The position numbers were made by a program, and so were the translations under genes. From Enoplolaimus lenunculus (taxonomy: Eukaryota), in NCBI GenBank assembly GCA_030248215.1, contig JASANG010001414.1, positions 186,001-250,000 of the forward strand: a DNA stretch of 64,000 bases. The letters are read 5' to 3'. Below, in pieces: positions 51,165 through 63,900 of the stretch; position 1 is the first letter of the stretch; the number at the start of each line of letters is the position of its first letter. The notes below the pieces were generated by a model. That model saw nothing but the letters and a program-made list of their open reading frames with translations. It had not been told where the DNA came from and did not search any database.

Positions 51165-54100
51165 TCAGCCAATAGCAATTGTTTATCGCTTTTTCACCTG
51201 TTTAATCTCGATTTGAAAACCACCGAGGCTTAAGAAAGCGAGACAGAGACCATCCAAATCCCGAGACCCAATCGAAGATCGAGATCGCCCATCCCTGCCG
51301 AGAAAGCTCCCAATAAAATGTTTTATAACCATGGATTGTGATCTCGGTCAAAAACCGACACCCGGCAACCGAGACTGTGGTTGTCGGTCTCGGCCAATTT
51401 TTGACCGTTACCGAGCATAAAAAATAAAATTTTTTCTAACAAGAGCTTTGAATGTTTATGTACTTCCGTGTCATTCTAGCATAATAAAATGTTGCATCTG
51501 CTCAGAATTTATAATATTAAACACAAAAATTAACGCAAATTTCTATTTTTATCAAAACACACTGACAAACACAGAGCAAGGAATATAACACGACCCCACG
51601 CCAAAGACGACGATAACAGCGTTAATTGGAACTTGTAAATTTTTCGGCATGACTCCTTAAATGTCATCTATAAATGCAACTATCTGTGTTTTGGCATAAC
51701 TAAAGCAGCAAAATAATTTATAGTCAAAAATCAACAAATGCAACTGAGGTCCGTTTATTGTGTACGTTGAGCAGAAAAACGAGTACTTGTCTTTCTCCTT
51801 TGATCTCGGTTTTATACCTACCGATACTCAAAAAACCCGAGATCAGCCATTTCCCGAGGCTTACTGAGACCGCTCATCCCTGTTTACCAACTTTATATAT
51901 ACGTAACTTCGTCATCAGCGAAAAAATATTTTAGTTTGCCAAAGTGCGAAGTGTGGGTCCTAAAGGGTTGGGGCCCCCTAATTAGAGGGCTTGGGGGGAG
52001 CGCTTCCGCCGCGCTGTTATGGCCATCCGCGCACTAAACTTCTGCTGACGTGTATGTTTATCGATCCGCCTTTATAACAACAGTTTTAGTGGGCTAAAAT
52101 GTGAAATGTATTACCCAATTTATAGTGGTTCACTTCACACCAGGTTGGAACCGGTAGGGATAGGCGGTCTCGGTCAAAAAAGCGAGACCGACCTTCGAAA
52201 ACGCTCGGCACAAGTCCCACTGTCTCAAAACACCCTCAGTACAACCCTAACTCAAAGCTATATATAGTGTTATCGCGGGTCCGGGTGTTTACAATATAGA
52301 ATTACGGTGGTGAAATTGCAAAAATACCCGAACTAAAATAATTTATTACAAATGTGTTTATCCAAACGGTTGCTTTCCAAGTTAAGATTTTGTGTTGTAA
52401 TAAAACATAAAATTGCTTTGATTTTGCCTCGCTCGCAAGGTCTCTGTTTCATCCGACATGGGAATCATTTATATAGTATACATATATACATGTTTGAATA
52501 TATTTTATGCGTACATACATACTACTATTATATCAGGACTGCCAGTAATGCTCCCTACCACTTGAGCAGGGATGGGCGGTCTCGGTCAAAAAAGCGAGAC
52601 CGAGAGCGAACCTACCGAGATCGAGACTTGGTCTCGATTTCAAATCACCGTCAAACTTTATTTTTTACTTTTTTCACTTGGCTACTGTGTACATACCCTT
52701 CGAACAGGTTTGGGACAAATACCACTTTCTCAAAACACACTTGGTACAACCGTAATTCAAACCTTTAGTGTTGTTTTTGATCCCGGGCACACCGAATAGA
52801 CTGAAGAATTTTTTAACATAGCGTAGATCTTATAAATGCGGATGACCCATAATGTTTTACACGATGCATTTTTGTCACAATAAAATCAAAGTGTTTTGGT
52901 TTCCTTCCGAAAATGGAATCTTGGGTAGCCGGAGGTGTCATTCTGTTTCTCAATTCGCGGTATAACCAGGTAGTGGTGCGGAGGCGAAATATGCAAATCA
53001 TCTCTTTGGTCTCGATTTGCAAACCATCAAGACTGAGAAAACCGAGACCATGACCGCCCATCCCAGCACTAGAGCGGTCGCATTTGCGCAAAGGTACAAA
53101 AGCCACACGAAAGCCAGTCTAGATGGATACCCATTGCAGCTACGCAGAATTAAAAAATTGTCGTGAGTACGCCAGAATTACGTCTTGCTTCTCGCTCGCG
53201 AGTTCTCCATTTTTCTTTATTGAGTACAGCGCGCTATCCACTGAGCTACGCCGCCTCACAATCAACTGCTCAGTTTTTCTGTTTTTATGCCTTACAAGAA
53301 CCTCAACATTATACACATGTATGTTGGTTCTTCCATGTTTTACTGCTGCTGCATATGAAAGCACTACATATACAACAGTGTTTTACCGATGTACAGCATC
53401 AGCATGAGGTTATTATTTGCCTCCATACATCCGCATGTCACACACTCAAACACATGGTGTGTGTTGGTAGCCTGCTTAACTCGAGGGCGTGTGCAAGAAG
53501 GGTCATGCGGACGGTATATTGTGACTCCTGCTTTGGATCGGTTAAAAATTCCTGTTTTCGACCAGTTCAGACCTTACACTGCGAAAATAGCGTACTTAAA
53601 CCTACAGCCTTCAATCTCTGTACTTTTATCAATATTAACGAGCAAAAACCTTTCTCGTAGTGCCTTGACCACAAACAGAAATAGATTTGTTAAACGCTAC
53701 AGGTGACTGCGTAGTTCATTGCTTGCTTTACACCTTTCCAGTCGCCTTTATTGAAGCTATGTTTTGTTCGCGTTTACAGCTCTGAGTACAGAACTACGCG
53801 CATTAGAACACCATATTCAACAGAGTAAATAAATATTCGCTTGGTGCAGAACCATGGCTTAAGTTGGATGTTAAGTTTGACAACTTTTGAGTGGACTACC
53901 TATCTAACGTCTGCAATTTATGAAATTTTAATCTGAGCTCAATATTTTATTGTGGTGGTGTTTGCCCACATCAAATTTTGCCGTTCATCAAATGTTCAAA
54001 AGTGACTCCACTGGAATAGAGTAAAATGTGATTTTGAAAACCTTAAAGTTTCGATGGCAAAGTGTGATTTCACGTAGTATATAGCGGACAACGTTAAGCA

Positions 54101-54883
54101 TTTTAATAAAACATTACCACGTTAATCGTTACTAATATTGAAAACAGAACAAACAGTATTAAATGTTCGGCCCTTGTATAGAACAAGCCCGAGACGTTTT
54201 CCTGTAAGGCTGTAATAGAGTCAGCTTAAGCTACAGACTAACACTTTTGCTTGGGTTTAGGCTTAGGAATATGCTAATACTACTGTTCATGCCCTGGGTT
54301 CAGACAATTTCAGATATAAATTCACCTTAAATTTGCTAATACTGGATTAGTGTCTAAGCTAGTGCACCATAACAGAAGTAGCGGTCTAGTTTGCAAGTTG
54401 TTATACAACCGGACATCATAATATCCGTTTGTGCACAGGGATGTAATCTATACGCTGATATATTCAATAAAAGTGAAACAAAGCTTTCAAATGTAGTAAG
54501 TATGTCTTTGCAGGCAAGTGGCTATGTGCTGATTCCAGAATTTTAGCCAACCTTTTGCAAGGGGAATGATCAGGGAACACGATTTGTGCAAAATTTTTGG
54601 TATATTTGTACTCAGAAGTTATGTATAACGAGCCTACGTAGTATTCAATGTGGTGAGTTTTAGGCTTGTATGGCGGGTTTCCAATTTGGCAGGGCTACTT
54701 TCCTGTTGAGGTAAAATTGGGCAACATGATTTTTGCGAAAGTTTGTTATAGTGCTCAGCTCGATCTCAGATTTAAACAGTATACTAATTAATTAAATATA
54801 TTGTGTGGAAAAAATTTGCGATAATTTATAGAAGGTAATTCCTTGAGTAACAAGTCGAAAAAAATTTTTGTCATAAAAATTAA

Positions 54884-55369
54884 CCCTTTCTCACATGAAT
54901 ATTTTCTATTTTTCCTCAGACATACTTTTATGCTAGGATTCGAACTCCAGTGACTGGAGTGGGAGGCGAGTACTATGTATACGTGTTGCAATTGTTAAAC
55001 ACGGTGCGATATATACTATTTAACGTATATACACTGCATTGAGTTGCCTACAGGCAACTCAATGTGAGAAGAGTTATAGATAGTAAACTGAAAAATTTTC
55101 GCTTAACCCTTTCTCACATGAATATTTTCTATTTCCCCTCAGACCTACATTTATGCTAGGATTCGAACTGCAGTGACTGGAGTGGGAGGCGTATACCATC
55201 ACCACTCTGCTATAGGAGCTTGACGCTCGAGCCCGAGGGGGCTCTCACGTCTTGTGGTGATTTAGTACTATGTATACGTGTTGCAATTGCTAAACACGGT
55301 GCGATATATACTATTTAACGTATATACACTGCACTGAGTTGCCTACAGGCAACTCAATGTGAGAAGGGG
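54884..55369. mobile_element. Two adjacent piggyBac-type MITEs (internally deleted copy 54884-~55073; full copy 55107-55369)
   Basis: TTAA-CCCTTTCTCACATG starts and TGTGAGAAGGGG-TTAA end; homologous to 41807-42069. Confidence 0.85.
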
Positions 55370-56803
55370 TTAATAATTAAATGAGTGTCGTTGGAACCAC
55401 TTGAACGAGATAAGTGTATATATTTGCAGTTTTCAACCGCGTATGATAAATATACGAAAATTATTGTGTGAGGATTGCGGAGTGGACATTTTGTAATGTA
55501 AAAGAGTGTGGTTTTCTTAAGAATTGTTATTTTTGTCCCAAATTTACGAGTTAAACCAGAAATTTTAATTATCGCACAAAAACTTAAGCTCTTCAGACAT
55601 ATTGTTTTAGTACAAAATTATTGGATATTCTGTATAAATACACGAACTTCAGTCTGGTAACAACCCTCTATTGCGAAGTAGTGAAGTGACAAAGCATAGC
55701 AAACGCAACAACCCATGCCTAGTTACCACTAGAGCATTCGCGTGAAGACCTACAGACTTGAAGTTCGATTCTCGCTCTGTAGGCCGCTTTTCCAGCTGCT
55801 TGGTTAAAATGTCTGAAGTCCCGGCTCCTATCTACAGTGACATGGGGGGCTACGCTGCGAGCGCCATGATAAATTGCCGCGTTATGAGCACGGTACGTAT
55901 CTAATCGAAAATAGGGTGGACGGTTAAGGAACGACCTTAGTGAAAATTTTGGCATGCAAGCATGTAAAACATGTTTGTCCTGGTGCATATGCAATATATG
56001 TAATGCACCAGAGTTCCAACAGGAATTAAATTTTTTGCAGGGACAGGAACAGAACCGGAAGTTGAAATAATTTTCATTACCGAATTACTGTGGACGTTTT
56101 AGAAAAAAGCAAAAAAATGGCTTTAACGAATTTTCGCTACTTTATCACCAAGTTTTGCGAAAACACAACAGAAACAGTTTATTAGCAAAATTGAAATAAT
56201 TGGAAAAACACAAGGGTTCAACCGGAATTCATGCAAAAATTCAATTCCTGTTCTTGTTTCTGCATTCAAAGACGCAGGAACCAGAAATTTTTACGGTTTT
56301 GTGTCCAATTATTCATAATCATTTAAATACTGGAGTCTGTCCTTAAAAATTTGTTATCTAATTCGAAATGAGTGTTTGCATAGTTCAATTTTGTTAATAA
56401 ACTGTCTCTGATGAGCTTTCGCACAATTTGATGATGAAATAGCTGAAAATTCACTTAACCAATTTTTTAACGTAATTCGGTGACGAAAATTATTTCAAGT
56501 TCCGGTTCCGGTTCCTGCAAAGAGATTCAATTCCTGTTCCGGCAAAATTTAGTGCCTGTTCGAACCCTGAAAAACACTCATGTCGAAATAACAATTTTTT
56601 AAAGACAAAGTTTCCAATGTTTAAATGATTAGGCATGATTTGTCACAAAACAGAAAAAATTCCGGTTCCTACATTTTTGAATGCAGGAACAGGAACGGGA
56701 ATTGATTTTTTGCAGGACCGAATTCTAGTTGGAATAGAAATTCCCTTTGAACCGTGCAATGAATATTGCATAGCATGCTTGCCGGCATCATACGGTCGAC
56801 GCA

Positions 56804-56889
56804 GGCTACGTGGCGCAGTGGTATATACGTTACAGCTACAGCGTCTGCTTGACACGCAGAACGTCGCTAGTTTCAAACCACCCGTGACC
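56804..56889 (+). pseudogene. tRNA-Val-like pseudogene / SINE head, copy 1
   Basis: A-box TGGCGCAGTGG, anticodon arm TCTGC-TTGACAC-GCAGA, degenerate B-box, acceptor-like GGCTACG/CGTGACC; expanded D-arm region. Confidence 0.55.
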
Positions 56890-57160
56890 TACCATTGTAG
56901 CTGCTTAGTTAAAGGTCTGAAATCCCGGTTCTTACGTAGACTTGTTAGCGCAATGGTAAATTGCCGTGTTATGAACACGGTATCCCGTCGAAAATAACGT
57001 GGACGGCCAAGGGACGACCTTGGTGAAAATTGGGACATGTAAGCGTGAGAGGCTTGATTGTCTTGGTGCATATGCAAAATATGCAAGGCACTTTGCATAG
57101 TATGTTTGCCGGCAGCATACGGTCGACATATATTCGATGATAAAAGTAGTTGGAGAGGCA

Positions 57161-57236
57161 GGCTACGTGGCACAGTGGTACGTAACATCGTCTGCCTGAC
57201 ACGCAGAAGGTCGCTAGTTGAATCCACACGTGACCC
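57161..57236 (+). pseudogene. tRNA-Val(GAC)-like pseudogene / SINE head, copy 2
   Basis: GGCTACGTGGCACAGTGGTA...TCTGC-CTGACAC-GCAGAAGGTCGCTAGTTGAATCC...CGTGACC; the T-loop lacks the C of TTC. Confidence 0.6.
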
Positions 57237-57254
57237 GCTTTTCTAGCTGCTTAG

Positions 57255-57635
57255 TAGGGATGTGCCGATTAATCGGCATCGGTAATAATCGGCACTTTTC
57301 GTGAGTATCGGCATCGGCACTGCAAAAAAATTGCCGATTCATTGCCGAAACTCTTTGCACGTAACAATCAGTTGGAATGCTATCAATTTCATTTACACGC
57401 GCACACTAGTGTGTCTGGTTTGGAAAATTGTTACCTCTTGCGTTTTTGTTTGAAAAAATTAATTGAAAATAACCGTTCTTATAAAATTATAATCGTTTAT
57501 GATGGTTATAGTTTAAGCCTTCATATAATAATGTAATGTAGTATTCTATCTGCTTATTAAGCATGGTTTACTACGTAATGTTGGAATCGGCATAGGCATC
57601 GGCATCGGAAAATTTTTGGTATCGGCACAACCCTA
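57255..57635. mobile_element. hAT-type MITE, family E
   Basis: TAGGGATGTGCCGAT...ATCGGCACAACCCTA; 8-bp TSD CTGCTTAG; repeated ATCGGC motifs; relatives at ~6450-6800, ~47190-48142 and ~61780-61825. Confidence 0.88.
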
Positions 57636-57969
57636 CTGCTTAGTCCTTCAATTGGTAAGGCCGGGGTGGTGGCAAAGTGCAACCGTAATTACAATTTATC
57701 GGAACCGGAATTTGAAAAAATTACCGAAACGGAAAAATAAAAAAATACATACCGCCGTAAAATTCATTTAAATTTTCTCTTTTGCAATATTGTAAAAAAT
57801 TTACCGGAACCGGAAGGTCAAAAATTACTGGAACCGGAATTCTGGTTGCACCCTGAGCGGTGGCAATATTTCTGTTCTGACTTGTGTTTAGGTAAACTGA
57901 TATATTGTTTACAGAAACATCAAATTTGTTTTGATAAAGCATGTTTTACTGTGCTTGCTTTAATAGCTA

Positions 57970-60900
57970 ATGGCTTCCACACAGCAGGATCAATGGTACC
58001 TTTCTCTTCTGGGTATTGCGGAAAGTTTAAGACAGACTCAGCCGCCCAAAGTGAAATCTGCGGTACAATGTCTTGAAGCGATACTTTCGTTCAATCCTCC
58101 GGAACGAATTGAAGCTCGAACTCGCATGCAGCTGGCTCACTTGCTTTGCACGTATTCTAGAAATATAGGATTAGCGCAGAGCCATTTGGAAAGCGCGGTA
58201 AGTATGCCAACTGCCATGGAACTGATTGACTTACTTTCACATCTTTTTTGCCATTCATGTGTTGTAAATGTATGCATGTACCCGTGTATGCTCACAATCT
58301 TTACTGGGTTACAATAACGCTGGAAACCTGATAAAGATGACTTAGTGTTATTTTTGTGGCGTAACAGTATCTCAGCGTATTCCTATTCCTTAGCCTAAGT
58401 GTAAACTTAAGCGTAAAAATAAGTCTTAAACTAAGTCTAAGCCTTAGCGAAAATAGTAGCCTTAATCCTAAGTCGCCTCTATTTTATAGTACCAGGGAAA
58501 ACTGAATGTGCTTAAAAGTAACATAACGCTTCAAAAAGATAGAATGTTTTACGTATTGGAATAGGGTGGCTGTTAAAGCGTTAAAATGCATCGGCGTGAG
58601 GCGTTACGTATGCTTTGTCTTGTAAACACTTTGGATACCGTTGCTATTTAACGAAAAATCGTTAGCTACGTTCTGAAATTCGAATGCTATCTAGTATTAG
58701 ATTTGAATTAATTATCCGGCTTCGGCCAGAGAACAGATTATTTGACTCCAGCGTTTTTTTAATTAAACTATAATGGTATTAAACTATAACTTACTAATCA
58801 ACTGGCTAAAAGTTTTGACGCTTGTTCACCAGGGTGGCAACAAAGTTTCTGGTTCAACCTTCTCAGTAACATAAACTTACAACATTTAATTAAAAATAAA
58901 CTAAAATTCAGTTTTTTTGAAGATTTTCAGAGCAAATATCCAACAATTTATAATACCGTAGCCGGATGATTATATCCCAGCTCCGGCATTTTTAGTAACT
59001 TGATTTAGACTTAAACTTTTGTGTTGCTCTTTTTAGTTTTGGAATTGATTAGGTATTTTCAAAAATGATTGCACTTCGCATTAAATTTATGAATTGTTTG
59101 TTACAGGTACGTACTGATAGATTAGCTTTGAGTTTGTTTCAGTGGCTGATTGCGCAAAGTCAAGTGTCTTTTGACGATGTACGCCTTGAAATTGCAAGCA
59201 TGCTGGCATCTATATATCGCCAGAACGTACGTAAGCTGTGTATAACATATTTACTAGATCTATCCGGACTTTTGTTGCCACCTTGATGTGTACTCATGTT
59301 CTCCAGCTATCCTATCGATTTGTGTTCCAGGGTTCCAACAGCACTGAGTTTTACTGGAACAGGGACGGGAACCGGAATTTTAAATAAGTTTCATAATCAT
59401 TTTACTACAGAATTATACTGTTTTATTTTTAGAAAAGTAATCCTAATATATCTTGCGCACATTTTTAAGAATTCCGTCGTCAATTTTATTAATTTTACAA
59501 AATCCTATATCACGTGGTGTTAAATGTAACAACTGATTTTCATCTGAGAGTCATTATTTTTCGAACATTTTTGGTTTCTGCATAGGTGCCACTAGTTTGC
59601 AATAACATCGTATAGTCAGGTTTCTGTCTTTAGCAAAGCAGGAACAGAAATCGATTTATACAGAAATTCCGGCCTGAAAAAGTTGTTCTAATTGAACTTA
59701 GTGACTGCGCGTATTATATTTGTTCCAGAATGACAGTGCATCAGCAAAAAAATTGTTACACAAAGCTCAAGAGTTGTCCAATTACGCAGCATCGTTTTGG
59801 CACTATAGGTTTTTATACGAATTGGCGGTTAGTTAAATATATAATTTGTCGTACAGGACTGATATTGCTGTTGGAATTGGTTCGATTAAGATATCTGATC
59901 ACTAATGACAATCACTACAAAGTTCATTTAACTAGCGTGATCTATATTACTATGTGCGTACGTAGGTCTCTACGTATTTTAGCGGATACATGCGAAAATT
60001 CGGATGAAAAGTGACGCCAGCCAGCTGTACATCTTGTGGAGTCCCAGTTCATTCCGTCAGTTTTCAGTGAACTGTTCTGTACTCGAGTATTTCCGACTGT
60101 CAACGTTCGGCTGAAACTAGAGAACGGCCGGATCCAAAATTTTGTATTTACCGGATCCGGTTCCGGATCTTAAAATACGGATTCGGATCCGGATCTTACT
60201 AGCTGGATAATGTTTCAATATCTAACGTATATAAAATGGAAAACGTTCAACTAATTCTTTCGCAAAATTAGTCAACAAAACTTACAGCAACTAAAAAAGA
60301 AGTCTTTATAATTTTTATGTTTGTTCTTCTTCCGCAACAACACTGGTCTCCACGTGGATGTCATTAACCTGACATTCCAACAAAGCATTAATGCTCACAC
60401 AGTGCTTATTAGATTACGTACGCATAGTTGAATATGTTTTTGTTTGTATATCAAATTTAGGATCCGGAGATCCGATAGTTTATTTTAACGGATCCGGATC
60501 TTAAAAATTGCGGAGATCCGGATCCGAATCTCGGATCCGGTCGATCCCTAGCTGAAACCCAACCTTAGACTGACCTATCCCACGTTCTATTTTCGTGGAA
60601 GATTTACCCAACAGAACCTGGTAAAACCTTAGGTGCAATTGAAGAGTGTGTGAGGTTATTCCTTTTGGTTCAACCCGAGGACGTTTTTATACGGTGCATA
60701 CAATTTCCATATACCGGAATCGGGGCCAAGTCAGGGTGGCAACAAAGGTCGGATTCGGATTCGGCAAAAATTTGAGGTTCGGATTCGGTTTTGGAAAAGC
60801 CGAATCCATTTTAAATATCTTGCTATTAAAATCAATATTTTTCATTTCAGGTGAGAAATCTCAGAACTGACGTCTGGACGAAATTAACGTATTAAAATTA

Positions 60901-63900
60901 TACGGTTAAAAGTTTTACGGCTGGCATTGCGTTGATATTATGAAACAAATTATAGATATATCTGAAATTCGCAACATGCAGGATTCGGATTCGGCAAATC
61001 AGCACTGGATTCGGATTCGGTCAAATCGTGGATTCGGTGCAACCCTGGGCCAAGTATTGATTTTTACTGTAACCGAAAGTGGTCATCAACTCGGTATAGC
61101 ATCAAACCTATGTCAAAATATTTGCCGATGCCGATTATTTTGAAATATGCCGATGCCGATTCTTATGTTAATACACGATACAACCAGGGTGCAACCGGAA
61201 TTCCGATTCCGATTAGAATTCCGATTCAAAACGAGTTCCGATTCCGATTGCGCAACCAATCGGAATCGGAATATTGAAATTTTAATTTTAATCTTACATC
61301 TTTGTGATACGTTGCATAAAAATTCTGAATTATTTATCTATTAAATTGAGTTCGATAAGTTAACTTATCTATAATTGATTGTAGATTAGCTTTTATAGAA
61401 CCAAAAATCATGGCCAACTTGTTCATGCAATTTTTTTGACAATTTTTGCCTGTAAACAAACGCTCAAATCAACATGGTATTTGTCAATACAAATTATCCG
61501 TGCAGTCATAAAATCTGTATTTCCGATTCCGATCCCGGTATAATCCAGTTCCGCTTTGCCCCCTGGATACAAAGGTACATCATTATAATGCGAAGATTTA
61601 AATCTTAAAAACCATAAAAGAAGATAATTTTATGAGACTGGTTCATTTCAAGTATTTTTTCAAACACAAACGCAAGAGAAATAATAGTTTTTTCGATCAG
61701 ATTCGCCGATACATTGTTATGTGCAACAAGTTTCACAATTATTTTGCAATTTTTTTGCAATGCCGATAATGATATACTAACAAAAAGTGAATTATTGCCA
61801 ATGCCGAATAATCGGCACATCCCTCGTATCGCAATTGGTGAAATAGGGGGTTCGGTGCCACCCTGGTGACCGTACCCCATTGACCGCGCACTGCAATGAC
61901 TCACGTGTTGCGTCATCTGGAACATAACAATAAAAAATTCAAAGCTGAAATTTAAACCGAGGGATGTGTGTTTAGTGGGAACGTATTACATACTAGCCCG
62001 TGTTGGGGCTTGACCTATGGACATCTTTTCCAAAATGGTGGAAATGTATGTTTCAATTCAAACGAAATTGTATTGAGTCAAAAAATTCTGCTCCGCTTTT
62101 GTTTCAGCAAATCCATGTTATTGAAAGGGACTATGCAACCGCGTGCCAATTATTGGCAACTGGGGCTGAATTGGCGCAGAACGAGAACGTTGTCTATACA
62201 CAAATACTTTTCCTGTTAAGTAAAGGAATGGTGAGCTTCTGTTCTACCTTATTTATTTTTTAATTAAATACTATATAGTGTGTGGCTGGCGGTTCTACAC
62301 TTTGATAACGAACTGTTTTAGCAATGATATTTTGCTGAGGTTTTTCAATTTAAGAGGAAAGTTTACAATATGTGTTAGTATTTACAATATAGTGAAGCCA
62401 GAAAAATATTAATTTTAATGTGTGTCCTGCATAAACAGTATAATTGAGTTATGTTATTTGCAGCTTCTCATTACCGAAAAAAAGCTATCAGAAGTACATC
62501 CAGTGCTTACAACCGTAGGTCATTTGGTAGAGCAGTGGCATGGACCAACTGAGAAGCGCGAGGGCTTAAAAGTTTTCTTCCTGGTTTTGCAAGTCTGTCA
62601 CTTTCTGATGACTGGACAGGTAATGAATAAGATAGATATTTGTAGTTTTGTCGGTTATGCATTTAATAAGTATATATTGTTTAAAAATATGTGTACTGGC
62701 GGCTATAATGGTTCATTCTCAGTAGAAAAATTAATATTTGACAATCGTTTAATTCAGAAGTTATTCGGCAAGATTCCGTTTATCGGTATTTATTCAATCG
62801 TTAGTTGAGCGCATCTACGGAGTATTCCTTACGTCTGCTTGTGAGGTATTGGCTGTCCCTAACCGTAAACGTATTCACTTCTGTTTGCATTAAGTAAAAC
62901 TACGTACAGGCTTTAAGTTTTTTCAACGTGGGTTGTAAATGTTGACCTGTAAAAAAGTTTTGAAAACCAGAAACGGAAAATAACATAATTTATTTTAACA
63001 TTGCAGGTACGCAGCGTTAAACCATGTTTAAAGCAGTTGCAAACAAGTGTTCAAGTAGTCAGCACAACCGTAGAGAACAATAATTTTTGTGCAAATACTC
63101 CGACCACTTCTACTAACACATCCGAAAGCTTTCACTGGATATCACACGACCATATGTGCATTCTTGTTTATCTGGTGAGCAAACAGAACAACATCTTTTT
63201 GTCTTATTTTTTGCGATTTTGGAGTAGATGTTGGTTTTCGATAAATCAATAAAGAGAATAAACCAACAGAACACCTCACCGTATTGACATCCAATATGCG
63301 CTTCGTCTCACCCCAGTAGTTCCAAAGTCCGTTTGTTTCGACTTCAATTACAGTACGCAGAAAATTTTGGTCCCAGGCGAACATTCACTTTCTAGCAGTT
63401 TATACGCTAGCTAGTTAAATTTAATGACTGCATCCAGGGCTTCAGTCAGGACTAGATGTTCCAGGATCAGGAACAAAGAGTAACGAACTCATTTAGAACT
63501 AATAATTTAGCATTCACATATTTTTTAATATTCAAATGATTTGGCACATCGTAAAAATTTCTATTCCCGCGTCCTGCGATGCCGGAATAGGAATAGAAAT
63601 CGAATTTTTACACGAATTCCGGTGGAACTCTGGCTGCACCCAAGTAAACTACGGCTAACACTGTAATTTCTTGCCGTAATGCTGCATATAGGAGTTTGTT
63701 TGTAGGTATCTGTGATGCATGCCACGCAAGCCGGTCAGCTAGAAAAGGCGAAAAAGTATACAGAAAAAGCGTTATTCCAGATTGACAAGTTAAAAGGTAT
63801 TAATTGTTTAACGTTTTCAGTAGCGTCAATAACGCCGCTATTTCAGTAACTTTATGTGAAATTGAAAAGCAGATGTCTTATGTGTGATTGTGTAACATAA

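Larger units (their letters stand above)
49431..51297. mobile_element. hAT-like family B element containing two nested insertions
   Basis: Termini CAGGGATGGGCG...CGCCCATCCCTG (TSD not preserved). The sequence on both sides of 50037-51164 is continuous with the family B copy at 2370-3413. Confidence 0.65.

Noticed and set aside
51563..51667. Possible minus-strand first exon (MTFKESCRKIYKFQLTLLSSSLAWGRVIFLALCLS) that could splice in phase to 48727
   Set aside because: It lies inside a degenerate family B-like MITE (~51330-51882) and has a weak donor; not supportable without transcript data.
53123..53706. Cluster of overlapping 74-165 aa ORFs
   Set aside because: No recognisable domain, no coherent splice signals and no consistent strand.
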